A DNA stretch of 64,000 nucleotides from SAR202 cluster bacterium (GTDB lineage: Bacteria > Chloroflexota > Dehalococcoidia > Lucifugimonadales > VGZR01): NCBI GenBank assembly GCA_016872515.1, contig VGZR01000008.1, forward strand, positions 4,112-68,111, written 5' to 3'. The translations under genes were made by a program, and so were the position numbers. The notes beneath the pieces are model-generated. The model was not told the origin of the DNA. It did not search any database and saw only the letters and a list, made by a program, of their open reading frames with translations. Positions 26,327-36,079 of this stretch are shown in pieces. The stretch's first letter is position 1, and every line of letters starts with the position of its first letter.

Positions 26327-27226
26327 TTACCTAAGTTCTTGGGGAAGGACGAAGGTCACGTCCTCCTCGACACCCTCGATGGGGACGACCTCCTGAGGGC
26401 CGAGGGCCTTGATGACAGCCTCCACCAGTTGCTCCGGAGTGGAGGCCCCGGAGGTGATGCCGACGGTGTCCACGCCCTTCAGCCAGGCGGGCTTCAGCTC
26501 CTCCGGCCCGTTGATGAGGAACGCCGGCACGCCCTGAGCCTCGGCCACCTCGCGGAGGCGGTTGCAGTTGGAACTGTTGGGCGCGCCGATGACCAGCACC
26601 AGATCCACACGCTTGCACAGCTCCTTGACCGCCGCCTGGCGGTTCGTGGTGGCGTAGCAAAGGTCGTTCCGAACCATGACGTTGGTGAACCGCCCCTTGA
26701 TCTCGTCTATGGAGTGTTGGGTATCGTCCACGGAGAGCGTGGTCTGGGTGAGGACGGCGATAGAGGTGTTGGAGTCCCACTCTGGGAACTGGATGGGCTC
26801 GCGGTCGTCCACCAAGTGCATGGAGTGAACGCCCATGGTGCCCTTGACCTCCTGGTGGCCGCGGTGGCCAACGAGGACGAGTTTCTTCCCTTGCTTGGCG
26901 TACTTACGGGCCTCGTTATGGACCTTGGTCACGAGCGGGCAGGTGGCGTCTATGACGTGGAGCTTCCTTTGCTTGGCCTTGTCGAAGTCTTCAGGCGGGG
27001 AGCCATGGGCCGAGAACACGACACGGGAGCCTTCGGGGATCTCCTCCACGTCTTCCACGGTGATGGCGCCCTTGTCCTCCAGCGAGCGGACAACGTAGGG
27101 GTTGTGGACGATCTGGTGTTTGACATAGACCGGAGGGCCAAACTTCTTCAGAGCTAGCTCAACCACGTCTATAGCCCTGACGACGCCCGCGCAGAACCCG
27201 CGCGGCAGCCCTAGGTACACTTTCAT
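26327..27226 (-). CDS. ispH: 4-hydroxy-3-methylbut-2-enyl diphosphate reductase
   Basis: ATG 27226 after GGAGG. MKVYLGLPRGFCAGVVRAIDVVE...HQIVHN...ATCPLVTKVH. Possible TGgTAGAAT -10 element at 27273-27265. Confidence 0.93.
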   Translation of the reverse strand: MKVYLGLPRGFCAGVVRAIDVVELALKKFGPPVYVKHQIVHNPYVVRSLEDKGAITVEDVEEIPEGSRVVFSAHGSPPEDFDKAKQRKLHVIDATCPLVTKVHNEARKYAKQGKKLVLVGHRGHQEVKGTMGVHSMHLVDDREPIQFPEWDSNTSIAVLTQTTLSVDDTQHSIDEIKGRFTNVMVRNDLCYATTNRQAAVKELCKRVDLVLVIGAPNSSNCNRLREVAEAQGVPAFLINGPEELKPAWLKGVDTVGITSGASTPEQLVEAVIKALGPQEVVPIEGVEEDVTFVLPQELR

Positions 27227-27363
27227 CGGTTGCCTCCGACCCGATCCAGTCCAACAGCTTTCGGATTCTACCACAAACGCCTTTCCGCAAGGCTGACGCT
27301 GCGCCGTTCGCCATGCGGCTTGTCGGGTATAATAGCCAGGGATTTTTCACAAGGGAGCGGCAG

Positions 27364-28533
27364 ATGAAGCTGGCATCGAGGATGGATCGCCTGGGGACCG
27401 AGACGGCGTTCCTGGTCCTGGCCAAGGCGAGGCAGCTAGAGGCCCAGGGCAAGGACATCGTCCACCTGGAGATCGGCGAGCCAGATTTCGACACGCCGTC
27501 CAACATCATCGAGGCGGCGACGAAGGCGCTCCACAACGGCTACACCCACTACGGGCCATCGCCGGGTCTGCCGGAGCTGCGCAAGCGCATCGCCGAGGAC
27601 GTGGCGGTCACGCGGGACATTCCGGTGACGTCGGACAACGTGGTGGTGACGCCTGGTGGCAAGCCCATCATGTTCTTCGCAATCCTGGCGCTGGTGGACC
27701 ACGGTGACGAGGTGCTCTACCCCAACCCCGGGTTCCCCATCTACGAGTCTATGATCCGGTTCGCAGGCGGCGTGCCGGTGCCGATGCAGCTCCACGAGTC
27801 CAAGGACTTCAACGTGAACGTGGACGCGGTGGCCAAGCAGGTAACGTCCAAGACGAAGATGATGATCATCAACTCGCCGAACAACCCCTGCGGCAGCATC
27901 ATCCCCAAGGCCGACCTCAAGGCGCTGGCCGGCATCGCCCGGAAGCACGACCTCATCGTGTTGGCCGACGAGATCTACAAGCGGTTCCTCTTCGAGGGCG
28001 AGCACCACAGCATCACCCAGTTCCCGGGGCTGGTGGAGCGCACCATCATCCTGGATGGGTTCTCCAAGACATACGCGATGACTGGCTGGCGCATCGGGTA
28101 CGGTGTCATGCCGCAGGCGCTGGTCGAGCCGATATCGCGTCTGGTGACCAACAGCGTGTCCTGCACCGCCAGCGCCATCCAGATGGGTGCGTTAGAGGCG
28201 TTGAACGGGCCGCAAGAGGACGCCTACGCGATGGTGGCGGAGTTCAAGAGGCGGCGCGACCTCATCGTCAACGGCCTGAACCGCGTCCCAGGCATCCGGT
28301 GCGCCAATCCCAAGGGGGCGTTCTATGTGTTCCCCAATGTGGAGGGCACGGGCATGACGAGCCGCCAGTTCGCCGATGGGCTGCTGCAAGAAGGCGGCGT
28401 GGCGTGCCTGGCCGGCGAAGCCTTCGGCGAGTATGGGAAGGGGTACGTCCGGTTCTCGTTCGCCAACTCGGCGGAGAACCTCAAGAAAGCGTTGGGCCGC
28501 ATGGAAGGCTTCGTGAAGAGTAAGAAGCGGTAG
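27364..28533 (+). CDS. Class I/II pyridoxal-phosphate-dependent aminotransferase (aspartate aminotransferase-like)
   Basis: ATG 27364 after AAGGGAG. ...IINSPNNPCGS...DEIY...GFSKTYAMTGWRIGY (PLP lysine context). Confidence 0.9.
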   Translation: MKLASRMDRLGTETAFLVLAKARQLEAQGKDIVHLEIGEPDFDTPSNIIEAATKALHNGYTHYGPSPGLPELRKRIAEDVAVTRDIPVTSDNVVVTPGGKPIMFFAILALVDHGDEVLYPNPGFPIYESMIRFAGGVPVPMQLHESKDFNVNVDAVAKQVTSKTKMMIINSPNNPCGSIIPKADLKALAGIARKHDLIVLADEIYKRFLFEGEHHSITQFPGLVERTIILDGFSKTYAMTGWRIGYGVMPQALVEPISRLVTNSVSCTASAIQMGALEALNGPQEDAYAMVAEFKRRRDLIVNGLNRVPGIRCANPKGAFYVFPNVEGTGMTSRQFADGLLQEGGVACLAGEAFGEYGKGYVRFSFANSAENLKKALGRMEGFVKSKKR

Positions 28534-28542
28534 CGCGCCATC

Positions 28543-30279
28543 ATGCGCACGTTCCGGCTGGCGATGGCCCAGGTCAACGTTACTGTTGGTGACCTGGACG
28601 GCAACACGAAGAAGGTCATCGAGTACATCCAGCGGGCGCGCGCCCTCCACGCCGACCTGGTCGCCTTCCCTGAGCTGGCCATCCCCGGTTATCCGCCGGA
28701 GGACCTCGTCTTCAAGACCCAGTTCATCCACGAGAACCAGGAGCGGATGCGTCAGGTGGCGAAGGCCTCCACTGGCATCGCCGTGGTGGTGGGCTTCGTG
28801 GATGCCGACTCGGACGCGTACAACGCCGCCGCCGTCGCCTACGATGGCAAGCTCGTCGGCGCCTATCACAAGATGTACCTGCCGAACTACGGCGTGTTCG
28901 ACGAAGACCGCTACTTCAAGGCGGGAACCACGTGCCCGGTGTACGTCTTCAACGGCACCACGGTGGGCGTCAACATCTGTGAGGACATCTGGTATGCGAC
29001 GGGGCCAACGACGGCGCAGCGGCGAGCGGGGGCCGAGGTCATCGTCAATATCAACGGCTCGCCGTTCCACATGGGCAAGCGGGCGCTGCGCGAGAAGATG
29101 CTGGCGACGCGGGCGATGGATAACGGTGCGTATGTGGCCTACGTGAACCTCGTCGGCGGGCAGGATGAGCTGGTGTTCGACGGCGGCAGCGTGGTGATGA
29201 ACCCACAGGGCGAGGTGGCCGCCCGCGGGCCGCAGTTCGAAGAGGGGCTGGTGGTGGCGGACCTGGGCGTGGAGGCGGTGCTGCGCTCGCGGCTGCGAGA
29301 CTCGCGGCCCCGGAAGGAGCGTGCCGCTCATGCCCACGAGGAGCACCCAGCGCCGGTCGTGCGCGTCTCGGAGTACTCACCGAACTCGCAGAGGCCCCAC
29401 GTCGCGCCCGTTCTGCATCCCATCTCGGACGACGTCGCGGAGGTGTACGAGGCGTTGGTGACGGGCACCCGCGACTACGTCCACAAGTGTGGTTTCAAGA
29501 AGGTCCTCATCGGGCTTTCAGGAGGCATAGACTCCAGCCTCGTGGCTGTCATCGCCGCAGACGCACTGGGCAAGGAGAACGTCGTCGGCGTGGCGATGCC
29601 GTCGCGGTTCTCGTCGGACGACAGCATGACGGACGCCAAAGAACTGGCGCAGAACCTGGGCATCGAGTTCCGGGCCATGTCCATAGAGCCTGCCTTCTCT
29701 GCCTACTTGGACACGCTGTCGCCCCACTTCGAGGGTACGCCGTTCGGGTTGGCCGAGGAGAACCTGCAGGCGCGGACGCGCGGCAACCTCATCATGGCCC
29801 TGTCCAACAAGTTCGGCTGGCTGGTGCTGACGACCGGGAACAAGAGCGAGATGGCAACCGGCTATGCGACGCTATATGGCGACATGGCGGGCGGCCTCGC
29901 CGTTATCAAGGACGTGCCAAAGACCCTGGTGTACAAACTGGTGGATTACCGCAATGCCCAAGGGCCGGAGCCAGTGGTGCCGCGCAGCGTCATCGAGAAG
30001 GCGCCCACAGCAGAGCTGCGCCCGAACCAGAAGGACGAGGACAGCCTGCCGCCATATGCGGTGCTGGATCCCATCCTGAAGGCATACGTGGAGGAGGACA
30101 AGACCCTCGAGGAAATCGTAGGGCTTGGATACCCACAGGAGACCGTGCGGCGTGTCATAGACCTGGTGGACAGGAGCGAGTACAAGCGGCGCCAGGCACC
30201 GCCAGGGGTCAAGATCACGCCACGCAATTTCGGCCGCGACCGCCGTATGCCCATCGCGAACAAGTACAGGCCCTATTGA
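28543..30279 (+). CDS. nadE: Glutamine-dependent NAD+ synthetase
   Basis: 578 aa. N-terminal CN-hydrolase domain (FPELAIPGYPPEDL...NICEDIW) plus C-terminal synthetase domain (IGLSGGIDSS). Confidence 0.93.
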   Translation: MRTFRLAMAQVNVTVGDLDGNTKKVIEYIQRARALHADLVAFPELAIPGYPPEDLVFKTQFIHENQERMRQVAKASTGIAVVVGFVDADSDAYNAAAVAYDGKLVGAYHKMYLPNYGVFDEDRYFKAGTTCPVYVFNGTTVGVNICEDIWYATGPTTAQRRAGAEVIVNINGSPFHMGKRALREKMLATRAMDNGAYVAYVNLVGGQDELVFDGGSVVMNPQGEVAARGPQFEEGLVVADLGVEAVLRSRLRDSRPRKERAAHAHEEHPAPVVRVSEYSPNSQRPHVAPVLHPISDDVAEVYEALVTGTRDYVHKCGFKKVLIGLSGGIDSSLVAVIAADALGKENVVGVAMPSRFSSDDSMTDAKELAQNLGIEFRAMSIEPAFSAYLDTLSPHFEGTPFGLAEENLQARTRGNLIMALSNKFGWLVLTTGNKSEMATGYATLYGDMAGGLAVIKDVPKTLVYKLVDYRNAQGPEPVVPRSVIEKAPTAELRPNQKDEDSLPPYAVLDPILKAYVEEDKTLEEIVGLGYPQETVRRVIDLVDRSEYKRRQAPPGVKITPRNFGRDRRMPIANKYRPY

Positions 30280-30286
30280 GGCATAT

Positions 30287-31159
30287 ATGAAGATTGGAGC
30301 GGTGTTCCCACAGACGGAGATAGGCGCCGACGTGGGCGCGGTACGGGCCTTCGCGCAGGCGGCCGAGACGCTGGGGTTCGACCATCTGGTCGTGTATGAC
30401 CACGTGCTGGGGGCTGACTTCTCCAACAGGCCTGAGCGAACGGGGTTCTACAACTACAAGGACACTTTCCACGAGGTCTTCGTGCTGTTCGGCTACCTCA
30501 CTGGAGCGACCCAGCGTCTGGGCCTAACGACGGGTGTGCTCGTCCTCCCTCAGCGGCAGACGGCGCTGGTCGCCAAGCAAGCGGCGGAGATAGACGTGCT
30601 GAGCAAGGGCCGCTTGCGGCTGGGCATCGGCATCGGGTGGAACGACGTCGAGTTCGAGGCGCTGGGAGAGGACTTCCACAGCCGCGGGCTGCGCTCCGAA
30701 GAGCAGGTGCGGGTGCTGAAGCTGCTGTGGACGCGCGAGCTGGTGAGCTTCGAGGGCCGCTGGCACAAGATCACCGACGCGGGGATAAACCCCCTGCCCG
30801 TTCAGCGGCCCATCCCCGTCTGGTTCGGCGGGGGTGCGGAGCAGGTGCTGCAGCGCATCGCGAAGCTGGGCGACGGGTGGTTCTACCCTGGGTACACCAA
30901 GTACCCCGACGACGAATCGAGGCACCGACTCGAGCTACTGCACGAGTTCACCCGTGCCGAGGGGCGCGACCCCGCCTCCATCGGCATCGAGAAGATCGTG
31001 AAGGCACTGGAGCCTGCGAATGAACTGAAAAAGATGCGGCGGGCGTGGCAGCAGGTGGGTGCAACGCACTTCTCGGCCAGCACGATGGGGCTGGGGCTGA
31101 AGACGCCGGATGAGCACATCGCGGCGATACGGCAGTTCAAGCAGAACGTGACTGGTTGA
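30287..31159 (+). CDS. LLM-class (luciferase-like) probable F420-dependent oxidoreductase
   Basis: 290 aa. MKIGAVFPQTEIGADVGAVRAFAQAAETLGFDHLVVYDHVLG...LGIGIGWNDVEFEALG. Confidence 0.8.
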   Translation: MKIGAVFPQTEIGADVGAVRAFAQAAETLGFDHLVVYDHVLGADFSNRPERTGFYNYKDTFHEVFVLFGYLTGATQRLGLTTGVLVLPQRQTALVAKQAAEIDVLSKGRLRLGIGIGWNDVEFEALGEDFHSRGLRSEEQVRVLKLLWTRELVSFEGRWHKITDAGINPLPVQRPIPVWFGGGAEQVLQRIAKLGDGWFYPGYTKYPDDESRHRLELLHEFTRAEGRDPASIGIEKIVKALEPANELKKMRRAWQQVGATHFSASTMGLGLKTPDEHIAAIRQFKQNVTG

Positions 31160-32274
31160 GACAAGCGATGGTAGGCGAAGCCAACCTCAAACGAACGCCT
31201 CTCTACGGAACCCACGTCGGCCTGGGCGGGCGGATGGTGCCCTTCGGGGGCTGGGAGATGCCTGTCCAGTACACGAGCATCCTGGACGAGGCGCGGGCCG
31301 TGCGCATGAAGGCGGGGCTGTTCGATGTGTCGCACATGGGCCGCGTCACCATCGAGGGGGCCGGGGCGGCCACGCTCCTAAGCCGCGTGTTCAGCTCCAG
31401 CCCGACGGCGGTGAAAGTCGGCCGTGGGCGCTATGGGGTGATTTGCACACCGGAGGGCGGCATCCTCGACGACTGCATCCTCTACAGGCGAGCCGAGCAG
31501 CGGTTCCTCCTCGTGCCCAACGCATCGAACGCCGACCCAGTGGTCGAGTGGCTGCGCCGCTGGGGGAGCGGCGTCAGCGATGCCCGCATCGCAGTCATCA
31601 CCCCCTCGCTGGCGATGGTCGCGCTCCAGGGTCCTGTAGCGGCTTCCATGCTGCAAGGCCTCACATCCGCAGACCTCTCGACGCTAAGGACGTTCAGCTT
31701 CGTCGAGGAAAAAGACAAAGGTGCGGACTCCATCGTGGCGCGCACCGGCTACACCGGCGAGGATGGATTTGAGCTGATGGTGCCGAGCGGCAACGTCGCC
31801 GGGGTTTGGAAGGTGCTCATGGAACGGGGAGCGACGCCGTGCGGTTTGGGGGCCAGGGACGTGCTCCGGCTGGAGGCAGGGTTGCCGCTCCACGGCAACG
31901 ATATCGGCCTGACCACGAACCCATATGAGGCAGGGCTGGAGAGGTTCGTGGACCCGGACCGCGAAGGGTATGTCGCAGGGACGGGACTCAGGCAGATCCG
32001 AGATACCGGCCCAAGCCGCAAGCTGGTGGGGTTCAAGCTGCTGGGCCGAAGCGGCATCACTAGGCATGGCTATCCCATCATGGACGGCTCCAAGCCCATC
32101 GGCGAAGTGACCAGCGGCGGGTACTCGCCCACCCTTGACATGAACATAGGCATGGGCTATGTTCCTAAGAGCTACGCGGCCCCAGGCACCCGCTTCGCGG
32201 TGGATGTACGGGGCCGCTTGGCCGAGGCCGAGGTTGCCCCCCTCCCCTTCTATCATCGCAGGAGAGATCCGTGA
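31156..32274 (+). CDS. gcvT: Glycine cleavage system T protein (aminomethyltransferase)
   Basis: LKRTPLYGTHVGLGGRMVPFGGWEMPVQYTSILDEARAVRMKAGLFDVSHMG. Overlaps the upstream stop. The start may be ATG 31168. Confidence 0.93.
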   Translation: MRQAMVGEANLKRTPLYGTHVGLGGRMVPFGGWEMPVQYTSILDEARAVRMKAGLFDVSHMGRVTIEGAGAATLLSRVFSSSPTAVKVGRGRYGVICTPEGGILDDCILYRRAEQRFLLVPNASNADPVVEWLRRWGSGVSDARIAVITPSLAMVALQGPVAASMLQGLTSADLSTLRTFSFVEEKDKGADSIVARTGYTGEDGFELMVPSGNVAGVWKVLMERGATPCGLGARDVLRLEAGLPLHGNDIGLTTNPYEAGLERFVDPDREGYVAGTGLRQIRDTGPSRKLVGFKLLGRSGITRHGYPIMDGSKPIGEVTSGGYSPTLDMNIGMGYVPKSYAAPGTRFAVDVRGRLAEAEVAPLPFYHRRRDP

Positions 32275-32663
32275 ATCCGCCTGATCTACGCTACTCCAAA
32301 GAACACGAGTGGGTCCGCTTAGCCAGCGACGGCACTGTACTCATCGGCATCACCAGGTTCGCAGCGGAAAGCCTGGGCGACGTGGTGTTCATAGACATCC
32401 CCGAAGCCGGGAGACAGCTTGACCAGTTCAAGAAGCTGGGTGAAATCGAGTCGGTTAAAGCTGTATCTGACCTATTCTCTCCCGTCAGCGGGCAGGTGGT
32501 GGAACGAAACCAGGCGGCACTGGACAACCCCCAACTGGTGAACGACTCGCCTTACGACAAGGGCTGGCTCCTCAAGGCTTCGCTTCGCAACCAGGCGGAG
32601 TTGGACACGCTGATGACCGCCCAGCAATACGAACAGTATCTGTCCTCGGAAGGCAGCCATTAG
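32271..32663 (+). CDS. gcvH: Glycine cleavage system H protein
   Basis: YSKEHEWVRL...LGEIESVKAVSDLFSPVSG (lipoyl-Lys context), 130 aa. Confidence 0.95.
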   Translation: MNPPDLRYSKEHEWVRLASDGTVLIGITRFAAESLGDVVFIDIPEAGRQLDQFKKLGEIESVKAVSDLFSPVSGQVVERNQAALDNPQLVNDSPYDKGWLLKASLRNQAELDTLMTAQQYEQYLSSEGSH

Positions 32664-32670
32664 CCGGTAG

Positions 32671-33999
32671 ATGGAAAGTCACGGGTTCACATCCCCTTAT
32701 ACGCCCAATACCGACGCTGAACGCAGTGAGATGCTGAACGCTATCGGCGCCGGCTCGGTGGACGAACTGTTCAAAGACATACCCCAACAGCACCGCAACC
32801 CGAAGCTCAATCTGCCCCCGCCGCTCTCTGAACTGGAGCTGCGCCGCGATATAGAAGCGCTGGCCAGGATGAACGCCGTCCCGGGCGACTACGCCTGCTT
32901 CCTGGGAGGCGGCGCATACCGGCACCACGTGCCAGCGGTCGTGCGGCAGCTCGTCAGCCGCAGCGAATTCATGACCAGCTACACGCCGTACCAGCCGGAG
33001 GTGTCACAAGGCACGCTCCAGGCGCACTTCGAGTTCCAGTCGCTCATCTGCCAACTCACGGGCATGGAGGTGGCGAATGCCGGCATGTACGACGGGGCCA
33101 CATCGTTGGCGGAGGGGTGCCTCATGGCCGCCCGCGTGACGAAGCGCAACAAGGTCATGGTGCTGGACACGGTATCGCCGGCCTACCGCGCGGTCGTGAA
33201 GACGTTTGTGGAGGCGCCCCAACTCGAAGAAATCGTGGTGGCGCCTGCCCAGGCAAACCCGACGAACGAATTCGCCTGTGTGGTGGTGCAGCAGCCGAAC
33301 TTCTTCGGCTACCTGGAGGACGTCGAGGCGCTCGCCCGGCGGACCCACTCGGTGGGCGCGCTACTTGTGGTTGCGGTGGACCTGGTGTCCCTGGGGATGT
33401 TCAAGCCGCCGGGGGAGTACGGCGCCGATATCGTGGTCGGCGAGGGGCAGTCTCTGGGTGTGGCGCCTACCTTCGGCGGGCCGTATGTGGGAATCTTCGC
33501 ATGCAAGGAGCAGTACATCCGCCAGATGCCTGGGCGCATCGTCGGCAGGACGGTGGACACGCGAGGGCGCACCGGCTACGTGTTGACACTCCAGACGCGC
33601 GAGCAGCACATCCGGCGGGAACGGGCCACCTCCAACATCTGCACCTCGGTCGGCCTCATCGCCCTCATGGCGACCATCTATATGGCCGCCAACGGCAGGC
33701 GCGGGCTGCGGCACGTGGCGGAACTGTGCTACCACAAGGCGCACTACGCCGCGTCCCTCGTCTCCAAGATTCCCGGCTACTCCCTGCCCGCCCAGGGCAC
33801 GTTCTTCCGTGAGTTCGTCATACAGTGCCCCAGGCCGCCTGCCGAAATCAACAGGAAGCTGCTTGAGCGGCGCATCATCGGCGGTCTGGACGTGAGCGAC
33901 CGCTATCCCAACGGGATGCTTCTCTGCTGCACCGAGGTCAACTCGCGGGAGGAGATCGAGACGCTGGCGAAGGCGCTGGCGGAGGTTGGCAAGGCGTAA
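32671..33999 (+). CDS. gcvPA: Glycine dehydrogenase (decarboxylating) subunit 1
   Basis: 442 aa. ...FMTSYTPYQPEVSQGTLQAHFEFQSLICQLTGMEVANA... Confidence 0.93.
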   Translation: MESHGFTSPYTPNTDAERSEMLNAIGAGSVDELFKDIPQQHRNPKLNLPPPLSELELRRDIEALARMNAVPGDYACFLGGGAYRHHVPAVVRQLVSRSEFMTSYTPYQPEVSQGTLQAHFEFQSLICQLTGMEVANAGMYDGATSLAEGCLMAARVTKRNKVMVLDTVSPAYRAVVKTFVEAPQLEEIVVAPAQANPTNEFACVVVQQPNFFGYLEDVEALARRTHSVGALLVVAVDLVSLGMFKPPGEYGADIVVGEGQSLGVAPTFGGPYVGIFACKEQYIRQMPGRIVGRTVDTRGRTGYVLTLQTREQHIRRERATSNICTSVGLIALMATIYMAANGRRGLRHVAELCYHKAHYAASLVSKIPGYSLPAQGTFFREFVIQCPRPPAEINRKLLERRIIGGLDVSDRYPNGMLLCCTEVNSREEIETLAKALAEVGKA

Positions 34000-35480
34000 T
34001 GGCCACCCCGGACGTGACGATGGACGGCCGCCGAAAGCTGCTGATGGACCGGAGCGTCCCCGGCAGGATGGGCACGACGTTGCCACCGCTCGACGTGCCG
34101 GCGCAGCCGCTGCCCTCGAAGGGCCTCTTGCGGGACGACCTGCCGATGCCGGAGGTCAGCGAGAGCGAGTTGGTGCGGTATTTCAGCCAGATAAGCCAGT
34201 TCAATTTCTCCATAGACCACAACTTCTACCCGCTTGGGAGTTGCACGATGAAGTACAACCCCAAGGTGAACGACGAGATGGCGGGGATGCCAGGCATGGC
34301 TGAGATCCACCCGAACCAGCCGCCGGAGACGGTGCAGGGGGCGCTCAAGCTGATGCATCGCCTTCAGGGCTACCTTGCCGAGGCTACGGGCATGGCCGGG
34401 GCGAGCCTGGCGCCGATGGCGGGCGCGGAGGGAGAGCTGACGGGCCTGCTGATGGCCCGCGCCTATCACCTCTCGCGGGGCGACGCGAAACGCAAGAAGG
34501 TGCTGATACCGGACAGCGCACATGGGACGAATCCCGCGTCGGCGGCGATGGCTGGGTTCCAGGTGCTAGCGCTGCCGACAGACACCAACGGCAACACCGA
34601 CGCGGAGGCGCTGAAGGCATCGGTGGGCGACGACTTGGCGGCCTTCATGATCACCCAGCCAAGCACCCTCGGCCTGTTCGATGCGAATCTCCTCGAACTG
34701 GTCCACATCGTCCGCGAGGCGGGCGGCATCGTATATGGCGATGGTGCCAACTTGAACGCGCTGCTGGGGCGGGTAAAGCTGGGCGACCTGGGGTTCGATG
34801 TCGTCCACTCGAACCTGCACAAGACGTTCACGCAGCCGCACGGCGGCGGCGGCCCCGGTGCGGGCGCCGTGATGGTCAGCCGGCGGCTGCTGCCCTTCCT
34901 GCCGACGCCTTTGGTAGAGCAACGCAAGGGGCCAGACGGCAAAGAACAGTACGTCCTGGCGACCCCGCCGAAGACCATCGGCAAGATGGGCGCCTTCCAT
35001 GGGAACTTCGGGGCCTTGGTGCGCGCCTACTCCTACATCCGGACGCTGGGGGACGCCGGTGTCGCCGAGGTGAGCCGGGATGCAGTCATCAACGCGAACT
35101 ACATCCTCAGCCAGCTCAAAGGCCACTACGACCTGCCCTACGACCGCAGGTGCATGCACGAGGCGGTGTTCTCGGCGAGGAACCTGAGACACAAGCACGG
35201 CGTCTCCGCGCTGGACGTGGCGAAGCGGCTCATAGACTACGGCGTACACCCACCCACGATGTATTTCCCGCTCATCGTGGAGGAGGCGCTGATGATCGAG
35301 CCGACCGAGACCGAATCGAAGGAGACGCTTGACCAGTTCATCGCCACGATGAAGGCCATCGCCAGGGAGGCCGCCGAGAACCCGAAGCTGCTGCATGATG
35401 CGCCGCACAACACGCCCAACACCCGGCTCGACGAGGCCCGTGCGGCGCGGCAGCCGGACCTGCGGTGGCGGAAGGCCTAG
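33999..35480 (+). CDS. gcvPB: Glycine dehydrogenase (decarboxylating) subunit 2
   Basis: 493 aa. ...YPLGSCTMKYNPK...VHSNLHKTFTQPHGGGGPGAG (PLP Lys context). Confidence 0.93.
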   Translation: MATPDVTMDGRRKLLMDRSVPGRMGTTLPPLDVPAQPLPSKGLLRDDLPMPEVSESELVRYFSQISQFNFSIDHNFYPLGSCTMKYNPKVNDEMAGMPGMAEIHPNQPPETVQGALKLMHRLQGYLAEATGMAGASLAPMAGAEGELTGLLMARAYHLSRGDAKRKKVLIPDSAHGTNPASAAMAGFQVLALPTDTNGNTDAEALKASVGDDLAAFMITQPSTLGLFDANLLELVHIVREAGGIVYGDGANLNALLGRVKLGDLGFDVVHSNLHKTFTQPHGGGGPGAGAVMVSRRLLPFLPTPLVEQRKGPDGKEQYVLATPPKTIGKMGAFHGNFGALVRAYSYIRTLGDAGVAEVSRDAVINANYILSQLKGHYDLPYDRRCMHEAVFSARNLRHKHGVSALDVAKRLIDYGVHPPTMYFPLIVEEALMIEPTETESKETLDQFIATMKAIAREAAENPKLLHDAPHNTPNTRLDEARAARQPDLRWRKA

Positions 35481-35484
35481 ACCC

Positions 35485-35493
35485 TGGTATAAT
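35485..35493 (+). promoter_or_regulatory. Extended -10 element upstream of the peroxiredoxin gene
   Basis: TGgTATAAT, 5 nt after the gcvPB stop and 26 nt before ATG 35519. AAGGAG RBS at 35505-35510. Confidence 0.4.
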
Positions 35494-35518
35494 CTCCACC
35501 CTGAAAGGAGACCCAGCT

Positions 35519-35983
35519 ATGGTTGATGTTGGACAAGCGGCTCTAGACTTCACCGTGATGGACCACAACCAGCAGCAGGTGACGCTGAGCCAGTTCAAGG
35601 GCAAGAAAAATGTCATCCTCTCTTGCCACGTTTTCTCGTTCACCAGTGGGTGAACAGACCAGGTCTCCTCGTTCCGCCAGAATCTCAAGGTGTTCGAGGA
35701 GAAAGATACCCAGGTCTTGGGTATCAGCACTGACGCAAGGGCAACACAGACCGCCTACGCGACCTCGTTGGGCGGCGTGCCGTTCCCCATCCTGACGGAC
35801 TTCCACCCCCACGGGAAGATCGCCCAGGCGTACGGCATCTTCAACGACGCCAACGGCGCCTTCCGCCGGGCCGTCATCGTCATTGATAAGCATGGCATCG
35901 TACGCTTCAAGAAGACGTACACGACGGCGGCCGACCTGAAGGTGGCCGACATCATGGCCGAGGTGGACAAGCTGCCGAAGTAG
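35519..35983 (+). CDS. Peroxiredoxin (AhpC/TSA family), candidate selenoprotein (TGA 35651-35653 read as Sec45)
   Basis: Track ORFs 35465-35653 and 35690-35983 share a frame. Read-through gives MVDVGQAALDFTVMDHNQQQVTLSQFKGKKNVILSCHVFSFTSG-U-TDQVSSFRQNLKVFEEKDTQVLGISTD... The TGA sits at the Cys of the T-x-x-C peroxidatic motif. Confidence 0.75.
35665..35701 (+). promoter_or_regulatory. Stem-loop after TGA 35651 (possible SECIS)
   Basis: CTCCTCG (35665-35671) pairs with CGAGGAG (35695-35701), starting 11 nt after the TGA. An inner CGCC/GGTG helix closes a 10-nt loop. Less canonical than the two hairpins near 18.2-18.4 kb. Confidence 0.35.
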
Positions 35984-36011
35984 CCGTGATCCGCCGGGAA
36001 AGGTAATCGAA

Positions 36012-36057
36012 AAGGCGCACCGGTGACCCCTGGATCGGAACGGTGCGCCTTAGTTTT
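36012..36057 (+). terminator. Intrinsic terminator after the peroxiredoxin gene
   Basis: AAGGCGCACCG (36012-36022) / CGGTGCGCCTT (36041-36051), an 11-bp stem followed by AGTTTT. Confidence 0.6.
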
Positions 36058-36079
36058 AGGACAAGGTGAACGGACCCGC

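Noticed and set aside
31100-31170. Glycine riboswitch upstream of gcvT
   Set aside because: The gcvT start overlaps or abuts the stop of the upstream LLM oxidoreductase gene, so there is no non-coding space for a riboswitch. The cluster looks co-transcribed from further upstream.
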